Positions 58,811 through 64,000 of a stretch of DNA of 64,000 nt are shown here, piece by piece; within the stretch, counting starts at the first letter, position 1; every line of letters starts with the position of its first letter. The stretch is from an uncultured delta proteobacterium. GTDB lineage: Bacteria; Myxococcota_A; Polyangia; Polyangiales; Polyangiaceae. The stretch is taken from contig CAVQUB010000005.1 in NCBI GenBank assembly GCA_963716725.1, positions 480,001 through 544,000 of the forward strand, in the 5' to 3' direction. A program made the position numbers and the translations under genes. The notes under the pieces are model-generated. The model did not search any database. It was not told where the DNA came from and saw only the letters and a program-made list of their open reading frames with translations.

Positions 58811-59878
58811 CAGAGCTTCTGTCCGTTGTCGAGCATCCAGCGGATGCTCCGTCGCATGCCTTCTTCGAGATCGATCTTCGGATCGTAGCCCAGCTCCTTT
58901 TCGGCCTTCTTGACCGAGCAGGCGATGGTCTTGTTCATCTCGGACAGCACGTGGATCTTCTGGTGATAGACGCCGAGCCCCTGCAGGACGCTTGTCCACC
59001 AGCCAGGCCACCTGGCTCATGATGCCGGGCAGGCGCATGCGCTTGTGGGCGACGGTCACGCCGAAGTCCTTCTCGATGCACGCGCTCCACCGTGTCGATG
59101 ATCTCGTTCATGGTGTAGGGGCGGCGGTCGGCAATCCAATACGTGCCGCCCGGCGGCGCGATCCACGCGCTCGCACAGGTGCAGGCCCTGGCAGATGTTG
59201 TCGATGAAGGCCATCGAGCGACGGTTCTCGCCGCCGCCCACGATGGGCCCCTTGCCGTCGCGGATCATCTCGAAGAAGAGGCGCCTGCCGCGCGGGCTGC
59301 CCCGGACCGTAGAACCAGGGCGGCCGGATGATCACGGTCTCGAGCTTGCCGCCCTTGCCGGCGGCGTTGACGATCTCTTCGCCGAGCATCTTGCTCTTGC
59401 CGTAGCCCATGTACGGCGCGTACGGGCTCTGCTCGTCGAAGACGTGATCCGGGCGAGGGTTCACGCCGATGGGCGAGTTGGACGACACGTGGACCAGGCG
59501 CCGCGCTCCGGCGCTCTCGGCCTCGGCGGCGATGCGGCGCGTGCCTTCGACGTTCACGTCGGTGAACTGCTTCACGCCGCGGGTCGGATGAATGACGCCT
59601 GCCGAGTGAAACACCGTGGCGCCCTTGGCGCCCTCGAAGAGTCGTTTCACGGACGCCGCGTCGGTGAGATCGCCCTCCACCAATTGCACGCGATCCGAGA
59701 GCTTCGACAGCGACGAGGTGTCGCTGCCCGGCAGGCACAGGCAACGCACGCGGCGCTCGCCGAGCGGCGCCTCGAGGCCGGGCACTTCGGACATGCCTGT
59801 GACGAGGGTTTCGACGAGGCGGGTGCCGAGCCAACCGGGGGCGCCGGTGACGATGGCCAGAGGTGAAGACTGGGTCAT
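58810..59878 (-). pseudogene. NAD-dependent epimerase/dehydratase with four single-base frameshifts (near 59281, 59145, 59078, 58990)
   Basis: TGAPGWLG..YGKSK..WFYGP. Removing one base at each site restores ..LFFEMIR..TYWIADRRPY..IEKDFG..VLQGLGVYHQKIHVLSEMNKTIACS..ELGYDP..QKL, with the stop overlapping the next ATG. Confidence 0.85.
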
Positions 59879-61347
59879 GAGATCTGGTTCAGGAAGTGGA
59901 GCACGTTGCGCCGAGCGAAGGCCATCACGCTACCCTGCGGGTTTACCCCAGGCGAGTCCGGCAAGACACTGGCGTCGTTGACGTAGAGGTTTTCGTAGCG
60001 GCGCAGCTTGCCGAAGGAATCGGCCGCGCAGCGATCCGAGCGCTCGCCGATGGGGCACGACGAAAACGCATGCACCGTGGTCAGGCTCAGGTTGGCCTTG
60101 GGCAGGGGTTCGTCGAGCCAGCGGACCGCCTCCTTTTCGTTGCGAATGACGGGCATGCCACGCACCGCCGGCAGCACTTCTTCGGCGCCGGCCGCCAAGA
60201 GCAGGCTGGCCAGGCGCCCGAGCCCGCGTGAGAGGTTCTTCAGATCTTCGGGACCCACGTCGTAGTGCAAGAGGGTCGCGCCGTCGCCCAGCTTCGACGG
60301 GCGGACCCAGCCGCGCCCGGCGCCCCGGACTGCCACGTAGTACGAGGCCATGTTGCGGTAGCGCGCCATGCGGTCCGAGGTCTCGGGCCAGTTGTCGCTC
60401 AGGCCGAGGGCCAGGTGACCCGGGGTGAAGAACGCGCCGCCCAGCGAGACGTCGGGCCAGAACTCCTTCACCTGGAGCAGCGGCAGCACGCTGTCCTGGG
60501 CGTCGATGGTCTCGGGGAAGCGCGCGGCCACCTTGAGCATGGGGTGCACGCGCAAGGTCTCGCCGACGTGGAACTTCACGCCGCTCCGCCGCAAGAGCGC
60601 CGGCGTCTCGGTCGGACCCGCGCAGACGATGACGTGATCGGCGTCGATGCGAGCCAAGACGCGGCGCCCTTCGTCGACCTCGACCTCGGCCAGCACGCCG
60701 ATGCAGCGATGGCGTTCGAAGAGCAGTTGGTGCACGCGGCAGCGCGTGACCAGCCGCGCTCCGCGCTCGCGCGCCTCGGGCCAGATCGCGCGGCTCATTC
60801 CGCGCTTGGCGCCGGTGGGGCAGCCCGACGCGCAGGCGTTGGTGCTGCGGCAGCCTGGCGCCGCCCGAGGGACTTCTTGTGAAGCCCAGCCCATGGCGTC
60901 GATGCCCCGCGCGAACACCTGGGTGCTCTTGGGCCACTCGCCCTCGTACTTCGAGATGCCCAGGCGCGCTTCGGCCCACTCGAAATGTGGCGTCATCTCG
61001 CCGACGCCGACGTGAGCGAGATCGAACTGCGCGTGCCAACGTGAGAGCACCTCGCGCGGCGTGCGGTGCCAGAAGCCGCTGTTGATCTCGGTGCTGCCGC
61101 CGACACACGCGCCCTCGACGTAGCCCAGGGGCACCTTGCCCAGGATTGGCGTCATGCCGCGCCGCCGGTACAAGAGCCGCATCGCCTCCGGGGAGCTCTT
61201 CCCGTACTCGTCGTCTGCGTGCTCGCCGCCTTCCTCGAGCACCGCCACGTCGCGACCCGCTGCCGCGAGCTCGAAGGCCGTCACCGCGCCGCCGGCGCCC
61301 GATCCGATCACGAGCACCTCGGTTCGCTCACGCGCCGGCTCAGCCAT
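59875..61347 (-). CDS. GMC-family FAD oxidoreductase
   Basis: VIGSGAGG, VGGSTEIN, CRSTNACASGC, VHAFSSC, DAS..GVNP. Confidence 0.92.
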   Translation of the reverse strand: MAEPARERTEVLVIGSGAGGAVTAFELAAAGRDVAVLEEGGEHADDEYGKSSPEAMRLLYRRRGMTPILGKVPLGYVEGACVGGSTEINSGFWHRTPREVLSRWHAQFDLAHVGVGEMTPHFEWAEARLGISKYEGEWPKSTQVFARGIDAMGWASQEVPRAAPGCRSTNACASGCPTGAKRGMSRAIWPEARERGARLVTRCRVHQLLFERHRCIGVLAEVEVDEGRRVLARIDADHVIVCAGPTETPALLRRSGVKFHVGETLRVHPMLKVAARFPETIDAQDSVLPLLQVKEFWPDVSLGGAFFTPGHLALGLSDNWPETSDRMARYRNMASYYVAVRGAGRGWVRPSKLGDGATLLHYDVGPEDLKNLSRGLGRLASLLLAAGAEEVLPAVRGMPVIRNEKEAVRWLDEPLPKANLSLTTVHAFSSCPIGERSDRCAADSFGKLRRYENLYVNDASVLPDSPGVNPQGSVMAFARRNVLHFLNQIS

Positions 61348-62836
61348 GGGCCTCTTCCGTGCTCGAGGTTGCGACGGGCAGTCGCCGGTGCTCTTCGGAG
61401 CCGAGCGTAGCGATGCCCGCCGGATGTTCGTAGAACGCCAAGAGCACCGTGCTGCGCGGCGCGCGGAAGAGCTGCCGCAGAGGCGCGATGCTTCCGAAGG
61501 CCCAGCCGTTCACCACCGCGCGCCGACGCTCCAGCCCGAGCCCGCAGAACGATCGCAGGGTGCGCACGCGAACCCAAAACCGGAACACGCTCATGCCGAT
61601 GGCGTAGAGCGTGCGCACGCGGGTCGGCAGGGCGCCGATCTGTCCCGCGAGGAACCGCGCAGAATCCCGCACGGCTTCGCGGTCGCTGCCAGCGGGCAAG
61701 ATCGCTTCGGCGAGCGCGAGGTCGAACTCGGTGCAGTCAGGAGCTTTCTCGGCCGCGCCGAGCTGCGCGATGATCCGCATCGGCACGCCCCGAATCGGTT
61801 CGACGCCGCCAGAACGCCGCGCCGCACGCGCCAACGCGGCCGTGGCGCCGACCTCGACGCCGTACCAGAGCATGGCGCCCGCGCCCCAGAGTGTGGCCGG
61901 CGCGAAGAAGGCGATGTGAACCAGCACTGCGTAGGCGAGCGCAACCTCGGCGCCCACGCCTTGGGCCATCAGGGCCTGCGAACAGAAGAAGTGGAAGGGC
62001 CCAACGAAGCCCGGCGTCGAGGGCACCAGGATGCCCAAGTTCGTCACGCTCATGGCGATGACCGCGGTGCCGAGATCGAGCTTCAGCCCCAGGGCGGGCA
62101 ACACCGCCGCGAACATGCCCGCCTCGCAAAGCCAGACCACGACGCTGAGCAGGCCGATCACCAGCGCATCGAGGGGACGGCGCAGGCTGGCCGCCCCGTT
62201 GACGACGCTGGTGATGAGCCCGACGCCGGTGTCGTGCGCCCGACGGCCGAGCGGTTGCGACATGCGCGAGGCCAGCGCGCTGAGCGCAGCCGGGAAGAAC
62301 ACCGCCAGCGCCAACCCGCAGAGAGCGAGTCCGAAGACCAGCGCGCCCACTCGCGCGAGATCCGCGATCCAGCCCGCGGTGTGCGTGGCCCAGGTCGCGC
62401 CGATCAGCAGAAACAAGATCGCTACGCCGTCGACCAATCGCTCGATGAAGGTGACGGTCAGCGCTTGCGTCAACGGAATGCCCGTGCGCTCCGCGAGCAT
62501 GCCCGCGCGCACCAGCTCACCGAGCCGAGCGGGCAGCACGTTGTTGCTGGCGTAGCCGACCACCACGACATTGGTCGCCGTCGTGACCGGTAGCCCTGCC
62601 TCGCCCCGCACCAGGTACCTGAGCCGCGCTCCGCGCACGAAGTGCCCGATCACGTACGCGAGCATGGCCAGCGGGATCCACGGCAACGGTTTCGCCGTGC
62701 GCCAGGTGTCGCGCACGCTCCCGAGGTCGATGTGGCGCACCGCGACCCACAGGAACACCGCGCTCACGCCGGCTCCCACCACGGTGACCCATCTCCGCGG
62801 CGACCGAGAAGACATCTTCGCGCCCGGTGTTCGCAT
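61340..62836 (-). CDS. UPF0104/LPG-synthase-TM flippase-like protein fused to a gluconate-2-dehydrogenase subunit-3-like domain
   Basis: NNVLPARLGELVR, IERLVD, PSTPGFVG, then a helical domain LALAEAILP..FCGLGLERR..VLLAFYEHP. Confidence 0.75.
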   Translation of the reverse strand: MRTPGAKMSSRSPRRWVTVVGAGVSAVFLWVAVRHIDLGSVRDTWRTAKPLPWIPLAMLAYVIGHFVRGARLRYLVRGEAGLPVTTATNVVVVGYASNNVLPARLGELVRAGMLAERTGIPLTQALTVTFIERLVDGVAILFLLIGATWATHTAGWIADLARVGALVFGLALCGLALAVFFPAALSALASRMSQPLGRRAHDTGVGLITSVVNGAASLRRPLDALVIGLLSVVVWLCEAGMFAAVLPALGLKLDLGTAVIAMSVTNLGILVPSTPGFVGPFHFFCSQALMAQGVGAEVALAYAVLVHIAFFAPATLWGAGAMLWYGVEVGATAALARAARRSGGVEPIRGVPMRIIAQLGAAEKAPDCTEFDLALAEAILPAGSDREAVRDSARFLAGQIGALPTRVRTLYAIGMSVFRFWVRVRTLRSFCGLGLERRRAVVNGWAFGSIAPLRQLFRAPRSTVLLAFYEHPAGIATLGSEEHRRLPVATSSTEEAHG

Positions 62837-62977
62837 GAAAGCCCCGGGCCGTCCACGAGTCCCCGATCCGAGCGAGCTGCCCCCCTTCGCCCGGCGCTCG
62901 GCGCGGCGACAATGGGGCGCCCATGCCGCGCCTCACGGCGGGCGATTCCCCCCAAACCCTCGCCTCACTGCGGGAGA

Positions 62978-64000
62978 TCAGAGCTTGAAGTCCGCCGCGA
63001 GCGCGGCGTTTTCGGCCGTGTCGGCGCCCTTCTTCAGCAGCACGAAGTCGCCCGCCCGCTTCACCACACCGTAGCGGTTTTCCTTGACGGCCGCGGTGAA
63101 GAGCTTGCGCGTGTCCTCGAAGTCGAGCTCGGTCTTCGAGGCCAAGATGTAGTCGGCGTCATAGAGGCCCCGCCGCATGGCGTACATCTGCGTCCGGGAC
63201 GAGACGTGGGGGCCCACGTTCTCGCTGGCGACCACCGAGGCGTCCTTCGGCAGCGCAGCGATCACGCTCCGGAGCTCGGCGTAGCGTTGCCGCTCGGCGT
63301 CGCTGTAGCTGAAGTCGATGTGGAAATAGACCCCGCGCACGCTATCGGCGCGGCGCGCGAAGGCGCCAAAGTTGTAGCTGAGCGCGGCGCTCGCAACTCC
63401 CAAGGCGACGACGGCGCCGCGCATTCGCGAAGCGCCGTCGGGGTCGGTCTTGGCGATGGCCGCCAGCGCCAGGGGCACCGCCAAGAACAGATACGGGATC
63501 CAGTGCGCGGTGTACTGGAACGAAAACCCGAAGATCGGCTTGTAGTCGGTGACGAAGAGCGTGAGGGCCGTGCCGGGAATGAACGCCGCCCACAGGTACC
63601 AGCGCCGCGCCGGCAACAAGATGATGGGCACCAGGAGGTGCAACACGTAGTGCAGCTTGTCCTTCCTGAGGATCTCGTTCAGCACGTACAGGGGATTGGA
63701 CAGCGCGGTCTTGAGCACGCTGCTGTAGCCCTCTTCTCCCGGGGCCCACAGGCCCTTGTACATGCCCGGGAACCACCAGCTGCCCGCCCGATCCATCATC
63801 GCCCGCAGAACCAGGAACCAGCCCAACGAGACCACCGCCATCAGCGTTCCCGCGACGGGGCGGTGACCGGTGAGCAGCAAGAAGACGCCACCGACGGCGA
63901 GCCCGATGGGCACGTCTTCGCGCATGATGAGCGCAGCAACGAAGGCAAACCCAAACACGACCCACTTCTTGCGCTCGGCGGCCCAGAAGGTCGCGAGCAC
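62978..64000 (-). CDS. DUF2079-like membrane protein (GT-C-like), 5' end outside the window
   Basis: LIMRED, FQYTAH, LPKDASV.A...PH.S.R motifs; multi-TM. Confidence 0.7.
   Translation of the reverse strand: MLATFWAAERKKWVVFGFAFVAALIMREDVPIGLAVGGVFLLLTGHRPVAGTLMAVVSLGWFLVLRAMMDRAGSWWFPGMYKGLWAPGEEGYSSVLKTALSNPLYVLNEILRKDKLHYVLHLLVPIILLPARRWYLWAAFIPGTALTLFVTDYKPIFGFSFQYTAHWIPYLFLAVPLALAAIAKTDPDGASRMRGAVVALGVASAALSYNFGAFARRADSVRGVYFHIDFSYSDAERQRYAELRSVIAALPKDASVVASENVGPHVSSRTQMYAMRRGLYDADYILASKTELDFEDTRKLFTAAVKENRYGVVKRAGDFVLLKKGADTAENAALAADFKL

Noticed and set aside
62900..62932. GC hairpin upstream of the flippase fusion gene as a terminator or ncRNA
   Set aside because: No U-tract or other support; could arise by chance.

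Overview
GC-rich (roughly 70% by eye) chromosomal window with the gene content of a myxobacterium, probably Polyangia/Sorangiineae: a MYXO-CTERM protein, Gly/Cys-rich lipoproteins, Ser/Thr kinase and TPR-PEGA modules, and an FHA-sigma54 activator. About 50 genes are supported. They include a sugar ABC ATPase, a split complex I locus (nuoABCD, about 8 kb of other genes including an alpha-2-macroglobulin, then nuoHI), a radical-SAM-rich lipid/glycan cluster, an NTT-HEAT transporter, dihydropyrimidinase, two kinase/PEGA/lipoprotein modules, a PlsC-like acyltransferase and a flippase-GMC-epimerase operon. The most unusual structure is a RAYT/TnpA-REP-like HUH (Y1) nuclease gene associated with three tandem arrays, all with an exact 18-nt period: 21+2 units forming the NuoI tail, 9 units in the nuclease's own 5' region, and 18 units upstream. 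Two of the arrays share a near-identical unit. Other observations: a flippase-like protein fused to a GMC-partner-like domain, a near-consensus sigma54 promoter with a palindrome next to the FHA activator, many apparently leaderless genes, and five single-base frameshifts in two genes (probably sequencing errors). No rRNA, tRNA or CRISPR array was seen. All family calls come from motif recognition by eye, not database searches.
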